DNA of 64,000 nt from Mobula hypostoma (GCF_963921235.1 NC_086097.1:222954001-223018000); one strand, 5' to 3'; positions 26,163 to 39,289 are shown, counted from the stretch's first letter. Notes: generated from the sequence alone by a model not told the origin. Program-made: numbers and translations.

Positions 26163-26930
26163 GTGAAATTTTAGACTAATTCATTGATTTAAATTTGTTG
26201 TAGTTAGTTATTTATTGTTTACAACTAACAACTATTAGCAACATTGCTATACAGTAACTTTAAAATTGTCATTGAGTTATACAGGATAGAAACAGGTCCT
26301 TTAGCTTACTTCTCCTATGCTGACCATCATGCCTATCTATACCAATCCACATGCCTGGATTAATTTCAATCTCTCTATGCCCTTTTCTTTTAAGTACCTG
26401 TGTGGGTGTCCCTTACATTTCATTACCATTCCTGCCTTCACCACCAATCCTGACAGCTCATTTCAAATACCAAGTAGTCCTTGTGTTTTAAAAAAAAAAA
26501 TCACCCCTCAAGCCTCCTCCCTTTCACACTAAACCGATACCATGAGAAACAGACACTGGCTGTCTGCATCTCTCATAATTTTATATGCCTCTATCGTGTT
26601 TTCTTTCGGCCTCCTTTGCCCCAGGGAAAAGAGACCCAGCCGACACAATCTCTCTTCATAACTCAAACCCTCCATGCCAGACAGAGTCCTTCTGAATCTT
26701 TTCTGTACCTTGATAAGGAATGGACAAAACAGTAGTAATGGAGTGGTATTCCTGGGGATCGTCCAGTGAGACCATAGGGTTAGAACTTAGAAACTGGAAT
26801 GGGAGGATTGCTCTACTGGAGCTGAGTAATGGACCTCCCTCATTAGGAGGTGCGAATTTGAGGAGCTTGCACTTAGAGAATTTGCTCATCCTTCATAATC
26901 GTAAGAATAATAGTGTTGCATTAGTGGGAG

Positions 26931-27247
26931 TGTGGGCACGTGGCCAAGTGGTTAAGGCATTGGACTAGCAACCTGAGGGTCGTGAGTTCGAGCCCCAGCC
27001 GAGGCAACATGTGTTGTGTCCTTGAGCAAGGCACTTAATCACACATTGCTCTGTGACAATACTGGTGCCAAGCTGTATGGGTCCTAATGCCCTTCCCTTG
27101 GACAACATTGGTGTCGTGGAGAGGGGAGACTTGCAGCATGGGCAACTGCTGGTCTTCCTTACAACCTTGCCCAGGCCTGCGCCCTGGAGAGTGAAGACTT
27201 TCCAGGCGTAGATCCATGGTCTCGCAAGACTAACGGATGCCTTTACT
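26931..27247 (+). mobile_element. tRNA-derived CORE-like SINE with 10-bp TSD
   Basis: A-box TGGCCAAGTGG, B-box GAGTTCGAGCC, CORE-like gtgtccttgagcaaggcacttaa; TTAGTGGGAG at 26921-26930 and 27248-27257. Confidence 0.88.
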
Positions 27248-27361
27248 TTAGTGGGAGATTTTAATTTCCTTGGTATTAACTAAACTACCCAAAGTGTTAA
27301 GGCCCAGACAAGGTGAAATTTGTGAAATGTGGGCAGGAAGTTTTACTGAGTCAATATAGAG

Positions 27362-28429
27362 TGGGAATAAACGGGACCTTTTCAGAATGGCAGGCAGTGA
27401 CTAGTGGGGTACCGCAAGGCTCAGTGCTGGGACCCCAGTTGTTTACAATATATGTTAATGACTTGGATGAGGGAATTAAATGCAGCATCTCCAAGTTTGC
27501 GGATGACACGAAGCTGGGCGGCAGTGTTAGCTGTGAGGAGGATGCTAAGAGGATGCAGGGTGACTTGGATAGGTTAGGTGAGTGGGCAAATTCATGGCAG
27601 ATGCAATTTAATGTGGATAAATGTGAAGTTATCCACTTTGGTGGCAAAAACAGGAAAACAGATTATTATCTGAATGGTGGCCGATTAGGAAAAGGGGAGG
27701 TGCAATGAGACCTGGGTGTCATTATACACCAGTCATTGAAAGTGGGCATGCAGGTACAGCAGGCAGTGAAAAAGGCGAATGGTATGCTGGCATTTATAGC
27801 AAGAGGACTCGAGTACAGGAGCAGGGAGGTACTACTGCAGTTGTACAAGGCCTTGGTGAGACCACACCTGGAGTATTGTGTGCAGTTTTGGTCCCCTAAT
27901 CTGAGGAAAGACATCCTTGCCATAGAGGGAGTACAAATAAGGTTCATCGGATTGATTCCTGGGATGGCAGGACTTTCATACGATGAAAGACTGGATGAAC
28001 TAGGCTTATACTCGTTGGAATTTAGAAGATTGAGGGGGATCTGATTGAAATGTATAAAATCCTAAAGGGATTGGACAGGCTAGATGCAGGAAGATTGTTC
28101 CCGATGTTGGGGAAGTCCAGAACGAGGGGTCACAGTTTGAGGATAAAGGAGAAGCCTTTTAGGACCGAGATTAGGAAAAACTTCTTCACACAGAGAGTGG
28201 TGAATCTGTGGAATTCTCTGCCACAGGAAACAGTTGAGGCCAGTTCATTGGCTATATTTAAGAGGGAGTTAGATATGGCCCTTGTGGCTAAAGGGATCGG
28301 GGGTATGGAGGGAAGGCTGGTGCAGGGTTCTGAGTTGGATGATCAGCCATGATCATACTGAATGGCGGTGCAGGCTCGAAGGGCCGAATGGCCTACTCCT
28401 GCACCTATTTTCTATGTTTCTATGTTTCT
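27362..28429 (+). mobile_element. Young CR1, 5'-truncated (RT to 3' end), 8-bp TSD
   Basis: SGVPQGSVLGPQLFTIYVNDL..KFADDTKL; LVRPHLEYCVQFWSP; one stop and one frameshift; (TTTCTATG)n tail; ATATAGAG at 27354-27361 and 28430-28437. Confidence 0.93.
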
Positions 28430-28871
28430 ATATAGAGGGCCCTACTCAGGACACTTGACCTTTACTTGAGGAACAAGGCAGGGCAGGTAACTGAAGCGGC
28501 AGTGACTCTAGTGGCCGTAGTTTTATTAGTTTTAAGATAGTGATAGAAAAGAATAGGACAAGTTCATGGGTTGGGGTTTTAAACTGGAGCAGAGCTGAAT
28601 TTTTGAGGGAATAAGACAGTCGATTCTAAGAGCCTGCTTGAAGCAAAAGGAATGAGTAGCAATTGGGAGACTTACATGTCGCAGAACAGCGTGTTCCATC
28701 CGGTTAGGGTGAAAGGTAAACCTGACAAGTTTAGGGAATCTGGCTGATGAGAGATATTAGGCCTCAGGTCAAGAAGAAGAAAGAAGAATACATTGGATTT
28801 TGGAGGCTATGGATGATTATCCTAGGGATCTAGGGGTACAAGTGCATAGTTCATTGAAAGCTGCATCACAG

Positions 28872-29580
28872 GTTCAAAGTTTGAAGTAAATTTATTTTCA
28901 AACTACATGTACATATGTCACCAAATACAATCCTGAGATTCCTTTTCTTAGAGGCATTCACACTGGATCCAAAGAAACACCATAGGATCAGTGAAAAACC
29001 GCACGCAACAAGACGGGCAAACAAACAAACCATGTGGAAATACAAAAAGAAAGTAATAATAAGTATTAGGAACAAGATGAAGAGTCCTTGAAAGTGAGTC
29101 GATAGGTTGTGGGAACAGTTCAGTGTTAGGGTGAGTGAAGTTATCCCCTTTGGTTCAAGAGCCTGATGGTTGAGGGATAAAAACTGTTCCTGATCCTGGT
29201 GGTGTGGGTCCTAAGGCTCCTGTACCTCCTTCCCGATGGCAGCAGTGAGAAGTGAGTGTGGCCTGAATGGTGGGGTTCTTGATGATCAATGCTGCTTTTC
29301 CTGTGACAGTGTTTCTTATATATGTGCTCAATGGTGGGGAGGGCTTTACCCATGATGGACTAGTCTGTGTCTGCCTCTTTTTGTAGGCTTTTCTGTTCAA
29401 GGGCATTAGCATTTCCATAGCAGGCTGTGATGCAACCAATCCGTATTCTCTCCAACGTCCATCAAAAGAAGTTTGTTAAAGTTTCAGATGACATGCCTGA
29501 TCTTCACAAACTTTTAAGAAAGTAGAGGACTACCGTACTTTCGTTGTAATGGCACTTATGTACTGGATCTAGGACAGGGT
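28872..29580 (-). mobile_element. Rex1/Babar-type LINE 3' part
   Basis: HSGHTHFSLLPSGRRYRSLRTHTTRIRNSFYPSTIRLLN; AATAAA + (TTTGAA)n-like tail on minus strand. Confidence 0.85.
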
Positions 29581-30576
29581 GATGACAAAGTCATTTAACA
29601 CATTGGTTTCATTAGTCAAAGTACTGAGTATAGGAGCTGGCACATTAGGATACAATTGTATCATTGGCGGTGCCACCCTTGGATTACTTTGTAGAGATCT
29701 GGTCACCCTGTTACAGGAAAAATGTGGTTAAATGGGGAAAAGAGCAGATTTGCCAGGATTAGAGGTCCTGAGTTACAAGGAGAAGTTGGCCAGGCTGGGT
29801 TTTATTTCCTTGGAACATACGAGAATGAGGGGCGACCTTATTGAAATGTCTTAAGTTATGAGGGGCACGGATAAGATGGATAGAAGCAGATTTTTTCCCC
29901 CAAGATAGGGGGGCAGAGACTTGGGGTGAGAGGAGTAAGGTTTAAGAAAGACTTGAAAGGCAACGTTTTTACCAGAGGGTTGTGAGTAGATGGGATCAGC
30001 TGTCAGAGGCGGTGGTTGAGAGGTACAATTGTATCATTTAAAAAGTTCGTGGATAGATACGGTACATGGAGGAACATGGGCCAAACACAGGAACATGAGA
30101 CAAGTTAGGTGGACAATGTGATCATCATAGACTTGTTGAGCTGAAGGACCTATATCCGTGCTGTATGACAGGCAACACCTCCTCCTTCATAATATTGATA
30201 AGCTCCAGGATGTCACTGTACTAGCTTCTATTTCATTGTACAAGATAAATACAAATGTTAGTATTCATTTAATTCTTTGTACATTTACCATACTAATCCT
30301 TTGGGAACCTACTCTCCATAGGGCTTTAAACTACAGAGTAGGGGCTGGGTTCAACTTGGAAAAGTATGGATAAAGTGAAAAGGAAGGTGAGTGCAGGACA
30401 ACTTACAGAAGTCTCCAGAATAAAGAATAAGACATAATGTTTAGAAAGGGATAAGAATTTAGCATCAGACAACATGGAGGCAAAATTGAAAAAGAATTAT
30501 GAATACAGGACTGAAGGTATTGTATTTGAATGCATGTGGAAGATAATCTTGTCGTGTGGTTAGAAATTGACAAGTA

Positions 30577-30895
30577 GGGCCGGCTGGTAGCGCAATGACA
30601 TCGGCGCCAGACACCGGAGCGGAGGTTCCCGGGTTCGAAACCAGTCCGGTCAGCTCCCGAGTGCGCTCTCCATCCGTGCCAGGTTGAGTGTCGAGATCGC
30701 AACTTGACCTCGTAAAATAAAGGGAAAAATACTGCGAAAATGTCTGTGTGAGGAGTGGCCACACAGTCACTCTCTCGCTCCGCGCTTTGTAAAAAAGCCA
30801 TGAAAAAGACATCATCACGGACACATGCAAATGCACAGACGCGCACACACGTACACGCAGACTTGCATGCACGCAGGCACATGCCAAAGAAAGAA
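30577..30895 (+). mobile_element. tRNA-derived SINE with 15-bp TSD
   Basis: A-box-like TGGTAGCGCAATG, B-box GGTTCGAAACC; CA/CG-rich 3' tract + (AAAG)n; AGAAATTGACAAGTA at 30562-30576 and 30896-30910. Confidence 0.9.
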
Positions 30896-31731
30896 AGAAA
30901 TTGACAAGTATGATGTCATGGGCATCACTGAGTCATGATTGAAAAAAATGAAATGAAATCCTCAGAAAGGAGTGATATAGGATCAGAAGACGTAGAGACA
31001 TTGTGGATAGAGTTAAGAAACTGAAAGGTTAAGAAGACCCAAATTGGATTTATATGCAGGCCTCCGAACAGTAGCCAGGCTGTGGGGTACAAGTTACAAC
31101 GAGAGATAGAAGAGGCATGTAAAAAGGGCAAGGTTTCAATGGTCATGCGGGATTTCAATTTGAAGATAGTTTAGGAAAATTAGTTTGTTGCTGGATTGCA
31201 AGAGAAGGAATTTGTAGAATGTCTATGAGATGGCTTTTTAGAGCATCTTGTATTGGTATTAAAGTGGAGTAAAGGAAACAAGAGACATGAGAGAGGAACT
31301 GGCCCAAGTTTAATGCAAGGGGACAGTAGCAAGTATAATGGCAAAGCAGCACTGGCTGGAGTTTCTGGGGGCAATTCAGAAGATGCAGGTTTGGTTCATT
31401 TCAAAGAAGCAGTAGCATTCTAAAGGCGGGGATGAGGCAACCTTGGCTAACAAAGAAAGTCAAAGACAGCATAAAAGCAAAAGAGAGAGCATACAATATA
31501 GCAAAAATTAGTGGGAAGCTGTTAAAAACCAACAAAAGGCACCAAGAAAGCAATAAGGAGGGAAAAAAATGAAAAATGAAGGTATTGTTATACACAATAT
31601 GATGGATTGTTCTGTAGTTTGGATCTATAGCACAACATCAAGGACATTTAGCCTTTGCAGTGTCCAATAGGAAGAAATTGTTTGCTACTCTACACCATAT
31701 TGAAGTCTGTTTACTGAAGAGACAAGAAAAC

Positions 31732-31981
31732 ATAAAGATATAGAATAACGCAAAAGGCTACTGGCAACAGTATAAAGCTTGAGGTTTCTATAGTCCATAC
31801 TAACAAGTTCAATATTGCAAGGTATTTAAAAATGTATAATCATTGCTAAGCGGTAGGACTGTACCAATGATTACACATGAAACACTTTGCAATATTGCAT
31901 TGAACTTGTTAGTATGGACTATAGAAACCTCAAGCTTTATACTGTTGTCACTAGCCTTTTGCATTCTTCTATACCCTTTAT
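31732..31981. repeat. ~250-bp imperfect palindrome
   Basis: 31765-31813 is the exact reverse complement of 31899-31947 (49 bp); pairing continues imperfectly outward and inward to a loop of about 20 nt. Confidence 0.95.
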
Positions 31982-33652
31982 TTAGTGCAATGAATCGCTT
32001 GATTTAAAAATGGACTCTTATTCACAGTTATTTTCATTACTAGATAGTTGTATTTAGTGTTGATATGTTGCAATTTATTTCATATAAAGTCTAATTTAAA
32101 AGGAGTTACTTTCCTTAGCTATTTTAATATCCAGTGCATTGCATATTGAAACATTTGGCTTGCATTATAGATGTTTTTTATTAAATAGTTCACTGTCCTG
32201 AAATTTGAATGAAGAATCCAGTGTAAGTAACCAAAAAACATTTTATGATCTTTAACCCCACTCTATCAGAATGTCAAAGGTTCCTTTGAAAATACGATGC
32301 ACAGCAGTTACCAGACAATTGGAGTATTCATTTAACTCGAGCATTTATTCAGATGAGGACTTGTTCTCTGTACATTTTAAAATATAAGTACAGCTGCTTC
32401 ATGAGAACAGATTTATCCCCGCCCCCCAACCCCCATCCCCCACAGAGTAAGTACACTGGAGTAGCAGGGCTGCCATCCTGCATAGACATCCACAACTGTT
32501 AACCCAAAAATAAATCTGTCAGTCTTTACCAAAGCCAAGAACCACAAGTTTATAAGGATGTTTTAAGTTTTATCTTGTTGACATTTAAGGGTTAAATTAT
32601 TAGCCTGTGCTCATATTGCTGTTGCCTCCTCATTGTGATTTTATACAGTATATTTCACAAACCTCCTTCCGTGTGTCTCTGTGGACAAATAACATCCATT
32701 TGCTTTTGCTTGTATTATGTCTTTAATCTCATTTATAGTTTTAAAGTTGAAAATCTGAATTTTGCGAATGTTTCCTCTTCCGAGAGCAGCTATTATTCAT
32801 GAATGTTTGAATAAGCTCAATTATTTAACTATCCATCATGTCCCAGCCCTTGGGTTCAAGCCTTGAAACATCTTTCAGTAGAATTGGATAAGAATATAGT
32901 TTGGACGGAGATTATTCAGTGTGTTAGGGTTATGATGGTTGTTTGGTAATTCATTAATTTCATTCTTTGGCTCTTGTAAGTACTTTTTCTGTACAAGTAC
33001 TTATCCCATTTTATTCCAGTGCCCTTTTGGTTGTTGTATTTCAGTTCACAACAACTAGAGATTTTGTTAGCTACCCTCCAAGCTATTGGAACTGTTCCAA
33101 AGTCTAAAGAATGTTGGGAATTGAATGCCAATGCATCTGCTGTTTCTAAGGTTGCTTCCTTACATACTTGGCGATACAGACAAATGAGCCCGGGGGAATT
33201 ATAGGTCTTTAATCCCCTCAATTTCCTTTCATTCAACTACACCAATTCTTTAGCCACCCATTCACCTGATCCTTCTCCTGTACTATACTCACTATATAAT
33301 GGAATACACACCATTTCAGTCATCCTTTTCACCAAATGAGTTCATTCTGGCATTCCATTGACTAGGAATATGGGTAAAATGTTTAAAATGAGGTTATTGT
33401 AATATTAGTGTAAAGTGGGTGGTTGAAGGTTGGTGTGGACTCCGTAGGCAAAAGGAAGTCTCTGTACTGAATCTCTCTGTGATTCCATGACTCTGCGAAT
33501 GTTTCTCTCTTCATTTTAAAATTACAAGGTTAATCAAAATGAAGGAAAAGACATATAAACATTTAGTATTTGTTGTGTTTGAATGTAATCAAAAATTACT
33601 TAATGTGCCAAAATTTACTTAAAAACTGAATGCAATATTTTCCTTTTCCTAG

Positions 33653-33776
33653 TACAAACTGTGTACTGGAGATCCACCGTGGCTACTTTACATGGAATAG
33701 CAACTCTGAGAGATCTGTCCTTCAGGATATCTCAATAAAAATTCTCAAAAGTAAAATTACAGTTATTGTAGGCAAG
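33653..33776 (+). CDS. ABCC SUR-like transporter, window exon 4: NBD1 start
   Basis: cctAG acceptor, AAG|GTAAGG donor; phase 2/0; TNCVLEIHRGYFTWNSNSERSVLQDISIKILKSKITVIVGK (A-loop FTW, first half of Walker A). Confidence 0.92.
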
Positions 33777-33959
33777 GTAAGGTAATATACTCACAGATCT
33801 TTGAATATTATGTACTGTATATTGTAATAGCATTTCTTCTGTAGAAGGTCATGTTAGATCACTTAATCAGGAGGAATACAAACAGGTGGAATGGTAAGGT
33901 ACTTAGTATAAAAAGCTGATTTTTTTTGGCGTTTATACTCTGGTTATGTATAAACTTGA

Positions 33960-34330
33960 ACTTGAAGCACCGGGGGGAGGGAGCAGAAGCAGAGAAAAGA
34001 GGGTGTGTGGGTTACTTGAAGTTAGAAAATTTAGTGCTCATGCCATTTGATTGTACACAACCTAATGGAATATGAGGTGCTGTTCATCAACTGTGTTTGG
34101 TCTCACTCCAGCTAGGACTGACAGGTCTAGAGTAGGAATGTGAAGGGATTTGAAATGGCATGCAACCAGGGACATCAGGATGGACAATGCAGACTGACCA
34201 TAGCTGTTCTGCAAGTTGGTCCCCTAGAAGGCGCTTCATCTTGCCGATGTAGACCAAGCAACATCAAGAGCAATGAATACAGCAGATGAGATTGCAGGAG
34301 GAGAATATGAGTCTCTGAGCTTTGTTTTGG
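33960..34330 (-). mobile_element. Decayed Penelope-like ORF end
   Basis: Minus strand reads EQHLIF (aatatgaggtgctgttc on +), recalled as a Penelope endonuclease C-terminal motif; similar decayed copies near 3830-3900 and 56700-57560. Confidence 0.5.
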
Positions 34331-34774
34331 TCCCTGATGGTAGAGATGAAGGTGGTTTAGGGGAGTAAAACTGAAAGCGATTTGCTAATACCAGAATAAT
34401 AGAAGTCTAGACTCCTCTGTCTCCAGACTGTCTCTGATTGTTTATATGTTTAGAGATGAGGAATAGACTTTTGTTTTAGGTGGTTATCAAGGGATATGGA
34501 TCAAAGCAACATTACTGTTGTTTTTAATCAGGCTTTTGAAGGCAGCTATGGCAAATGTTCAAACTGGAGCAGAGACAAAAATGTAAAAAATTGCAGTTGG
34601 TTGTAAACAGAATGCACAATGTGGAAATGGATGTACATTTAACAATGCTTCTAAAATTTCATTCCATCGGTAAATAATCTTGTAAATTAAGGTGATAGAT
34701 ATAAGTAGAGAACTTGAAGTTTAGGCACCTGGAATCAGCATCAGGGATGCCAGAGGTGAAACGGATGCAGAATG

Positions 34775-34896
34775 GGTCTCAGCCCGAAACAGCGACTTTT
34801 TACTCTTTTCCATAGACGCTGCCTGCCTGCTGAGCTCCTCCAGCATTTTGTGTGTGATACTTGGATTTCCAGCATCTGCAGATTTTCTTGTGTTAG
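34775..34896 (-). mobile_element. Penelope-type terminal repeat monomer with 12-bp TSD
   Basis: GGATGCAGAATG at 34763-34774 and 34897-34908; gggtctcagcccgaaac...ttccagcatctgcagattttcttgtgtt. Confidence 0.8.
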
Positions 34897-36233
34897 GGAT
34901 GCAGAATGAATCTTAGCCTCCTCCCAAAGCTAGCTGTATTTCTATTGTATCAAGCTGCATTTTCCCATTTGCTATACTTAATGTTACTTGGGACCTCGAA
35001 ACGTTGATGAGTCAAAACCTTTTGTTTAGTCATGTACCTACAATAATAAGGGGGAAATAATATTACATGAAAGCTTGACTGGGAAAGTCATAACTGTATG
35101 TTCACTGTGCCTTTCCAGAGGGTTGAAATGGAATTTGATGAAGAAATCACAAATATAGTATTTTTCTTTTTAAAATTATGTATTTTGATTATTATTAACA
35201 TTTAGCTATTAAATAAATGTCTTTCAAATATGTGTGAAATACTTGGATTTCAATAAATTTCTACAAGAGCACTCTTGCCTGCTATACTTTATCAGTGTTC
35301 TTACAACATTCACTTCCCTTCCAATCCTGCCTATGCACTCTTCTTCAGAGTGGCACCATGTGCTCCAAATAAAGCAGGCATATTCCCCCATTTCCCTGCT
35401 TCTTCAGAGTTGTACTTGACTGGAAACTCAACCACACACACTATTTATTTAAGTTCTATGCAACTAAAATGAGTCGTCCTGGAATGAAACACAATGACCA
35501 CCTCAAGATGGTTTATGTTACCCAGAAATGAAGTTATTTGCTGTGATAGAAGTGCCGTAATTGTGACGACTAGATTTCAATAGCACTTTGCTGCTCTGGG
35601 ACCCCACTGTTATGTCTAGCCTTTGACTCTGTCAAAACCACCAGACACATTTCCCTATTCCTAATTACCTGAAGTTGCAACGTCTGACGTAACTACCCTT
35701 GCACCCTCCCCAAGAATCAATTGGATCTCTGGATATCTCTCCCACCACCCCCCGCGATCCTGCAATCTCATTCTTCAGCACTGTATTTTTCTTTAATATG
35801 CTACAGTGAGTGAGCCATTATTTCACCTCTAACTTATCCAGCTTACACTGGCCCTCTGCTCCCTCGTCATTTACCCCAATTAGCCCTTCAATTCGTTGCA
35901 CTGAAGAATTTATGATGAATAGTTATCTACCCCACTTCAAATTGGAACTTCCTTTCCCTTCTCCCCAGTTTCTTTTAATGTTGGGATTTTTCCCTAGCTG
36001 TAAATACATGAACTCTGGTTCTCATCTCTGAATCCATTGGGAAGAACATGCTAGAATCTGCACACCTCTGGCATCCATTTGGAAGTGTAAGATCTTTGAT
36101 CAATGGCCATTTGACTGAGGTACTGCTAGTCCTCCAGAAGTAATTATTGGCATCAGTATTAGAATAAGAGGGGAAACAATTAAGAGAAAAGAAACTCTGT
36201 TAGCTAATTTTCATCAAATTTTGATAATTTCAG

Positions 36234-36497
36234 GTTGGGAGTGGAAAATCATCCCTTATTTCTGCCATATTAGGAGAAATGATTCCTGTCTCTGGTCATA
36301 TAGTCTGGAGATCAGCTAACCAACCCATGGCTTACTCCGCGCAAACAGCTTGGCTGAGAAATGCTTCTTTACAAGAGAACATTTTGTTTGGAGAAAGCTT
36401 TGATGAAGAGCGTTTTCAGGCCGTGATTGAAGCCTGTGCACTTCAGCCTGATATTGACATTTTACCTGCAGGGCGGCTGACAGAAATTGGTGAGAAA
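36234..36497 (+). CDS. ABCC SUR-like transporter, window exon 5: NBD1 Walker A and Q-loop
   Basis: ttcAG acceptor, AAA|GTAAGT donor; 264 nt, phase 0/0; VGSGKSSLISAILGEM...AYSAQTAWLRNASLQENILFG...ACALQPDIDILPAGRLTEIGEK. Confidence 0.96.
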
Positions 36498-37442
36498 GTA
36501 AGTACACTGAAGGGTTTATAGGTCATTTTTAAATGCGAGATTCTGCTGATGCAGATGTTTATAGGTGCAAGGCTTCAAGAAACGTCTCAAAGGAGGAAGA
36601 AATGCTAAGGAGGTGAAAAGGTTTAGAAGGGGAATTTGAGAGCTTAGGATTTGAGTGGTAAGTCATAGTATAATTAAGATCATTGAAGTTTAAGTGTCCG
36701 AATTAGAGTGCATATAATAATAATTTATTTAAGGAACAATTTATACAAACAGGTGCTATACAATGAGATAAAGTGCAAACATTAAAATAAAAGACAAAAT
36801 GATATTGGTTAAAGCAAGGTTAAATAAATAGGTTTTGATCTGGCATTAAAAGTGCATCTGAGTCTGCATCCCTTATAGTTTTAGGTATTGAGTTCCACAG
36901 CTTAGAAACCGTATATATAACCGTATACATATAGTTTATATAGCAGTGTGACTGTATAAAGATGGTGAATGACTAAAAAGATTGGTGGTAAGGTATCCCT
37001 GGTGGTCACTAGAGGTAACAATGTGGGAACAGGAGGAGAAGACATTGTGAATGAATTGATTCAGCAGCAAAAATATTAAACAATTTTCTCCACTCCAACC
37101 TCAAGTAAATTTTAGCACCCACTCATCATGGCCAGGTTAAGATTGGCTAGTTTAACAGTGCACTGCCCTGACCTATTTAACTAAACCATGTAGTGTTTGG
37201 TTACATTCATTCTACGAAGTATTGCTTTCCTTCTTTAGCTAGATGCTTAAAGATTAACAGTAGAAAAAGCAAGTCACCCAGCAACCTGTGATATCAATTC
37301 ATGGGTTATATCTTCCTTACTACGTGTTGCATAGTGATATTGATGTATGTTAAATTTCAGCACTATGTGCCCCATGTATTTTCATATATTCTGTTTAAAG
37401 TTATTAAGACTATTAGCTACATATCCTTTCTTTTCTCCTCAG

Positions 37443-37504
37443 GGTATTAACCTGAGTGGTGGTCAGAAGCAGCGTGTTAGTGTCGCACGAGCACTCTATT
37501 CGAG
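37443..37504 (+). CDS. ABCC SUR-like transporter, window exon 6: NBD1 signature
   Basis: ctcAG acceptor, AG|GTATGG donor; phase 0/2; GINLSGGQKQRVSVARALYS. Confidence 0.96.
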
Positions 37505-38664
37505 GTATGGATACTTCATTATATTTTGCTGAATGTGATGGAAATAAGGAGATACACTTAGTTGCTGTTTGATGTAAGGACTATTTCTGAGTGTGTGATT
37601 TCATTGTGCAAAATCGTGCTTGATTTGTCATCAATATTTAATAGGTAATTCCTGAGGTTGGACTTCAATGTTTTAGACTAAAGTAGCTCCCTATTCTGGT
37701 TAGGTTATCATTTCAATAACAGAACGAAATTCCACAAAGGAAATATATTACTGCAGTAAAGCAAATGGTTTTATATATTTCCAGCATCTGCAGAATTCCT
37801 GTTGTTTTTGTTTTATAAAACCTCACTTTGCTTGTGAGCAATGTGAATGACACTGGTCTTGAACAGTAAAGCATCTCTCAACTAACAACGTGGCAGATTT
37901 GGGGTTGAAGGGCTTGGTCATGGTAAGGTCATTGCCTTGGTATCCCAGCCATACTTCTCAAAGTAGGTTCGAACATTTCAATATCAATGATCATCATTGT
38001 ATGTTCAACGTCAGTTTTGCTCCATGCGATGCTTTGGGCTTTATGCAAATTAAAATATTAAGGTTGAAGGTTCTCTTGTGACACTGATAGAGTCCCTACA
38101 CAGTGCTGCTTTAGCACGTTTCAACATTCTGTAATTTTTTTTATCCTTAATTGCAAACTCTTTATAATTTCCTGACAACACATGTTTAATTAACTTGTTC
38201 ATAATTCTGGGGTTTCCCATCTCACATTTCGTAAGTAGCAGTGTCATGGACATTTTCCACTTATGAAGGAAGTTTTCCCTAATGAAGAGAATTTTGGAAG
38301 GTCACAGTTTAACATTAAGTTATTTCCTTTAAACCTTGGAATAGACGTAGGAGTATATTACTCTTCACCAATGTTTTTTCATCATTACCATTACTCTACT
38401 TGTATTAATTTTGATGTATCCACCTTCCTGAGAAGAATGAACTGGTCCTGTATCTTTTTGAACAGTTGCCACTGATCAATTATTTTCCCACTAACAGGTA
38501 TGTTACATATTGATACCTTGATGCAACTTGTTGAAATTAGCCTTGTTTTGCTTTTAATACCAAATACCAGTTTTGTATTTAACCTTTTCAAACATTAACC
38601 CTATCCTATTATGTCACTATCAGATAACCATTCATGCATGCACCATTAATTGAAGCTTGATTTG

Positions 38665-38910
38665 GATAGATAGACAGGTAGATACTTTATTGATCCCAAA
38701 GGAAATTACAGTGTCAGAGTAGCATCACAAGTGCACAGATTAAAAAATATTAGAAGAGAAGTAGAAAGAATAAAAAAATAATTTACCACCAACAGTCTAA
38801 CAGGACGGGGTCATCACTTCCCCAGCTATAGGTAGACTCATTATAGAGCTTAATGGCCGAGGGTAAGAATGACCTGGTATAGTGCTCTTCGGAGCAATGC
38901 AGTTATCTTA
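38665..38910 (-). mobile_element. Rex-like LINE 3' tail
   Basis: Degenerate (GATA)n followed by actttattgatcccaaaggaaatt (minus-strand AATAAA tail). Confidence 0.6.
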
Positions 38911-39289
38911 TCAATCATTATTTAATCTAACATAGCCTGCCTCCTTGTTGCTTCACGGTATATTCCTGAAAGCTATTCTGAGCATTCAGGGCACATTTCT
39001 CAAGCTCATTATCTAAGTGTAAAGTAAAATTCCAAGTATATTTACAAGGAAAACTGCAAGTGAAAATGAAGAAATTGGTGTAAGGTTTCATTTGAAATTC
39101 TTCTGCTGCTGACCCATCCCATTCCTGGAAATTATAGACAACACAGTGATTTCCAGGGGCACATTGCACCAATATATATATTTTATATCAAGCATGCAAT
39201 ATCAATCTTTGTGCGACAGTAAAGAAATTTGTGATTCTGAAGCACACCTGATACAAAGCAGACCTTTTTATTAGTGCTGTTACTGTTGT

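Larger units (their letters stand above)
26700..31585 (+). mobile_element. Cluster of old CR1 fragments hosting younger insertions
   Basis: Endonuclease-like pieces (VALVG/DFNF; LYLNA..LEIDKYDVMGITES; IGFICRPPNS) and decayed ORF2 C-terminus at ~29590-30170; at least two elements. Confidence 0.7.

Noticed and set aside
30577..30655. Functional tRNA gene (also 26931-27005 and 21345-21421)
   Set aside because: A and B boxes are present but the cloverleaf is imperfect, and each continues into a SINE body with a tail; two have clear TSDs.
30403..30887. 159-aa and 140-aa minus-strand ORFs
   Set aside because: Antisense read-through of a SINE with a CA-rich tract and of CR1 debris.
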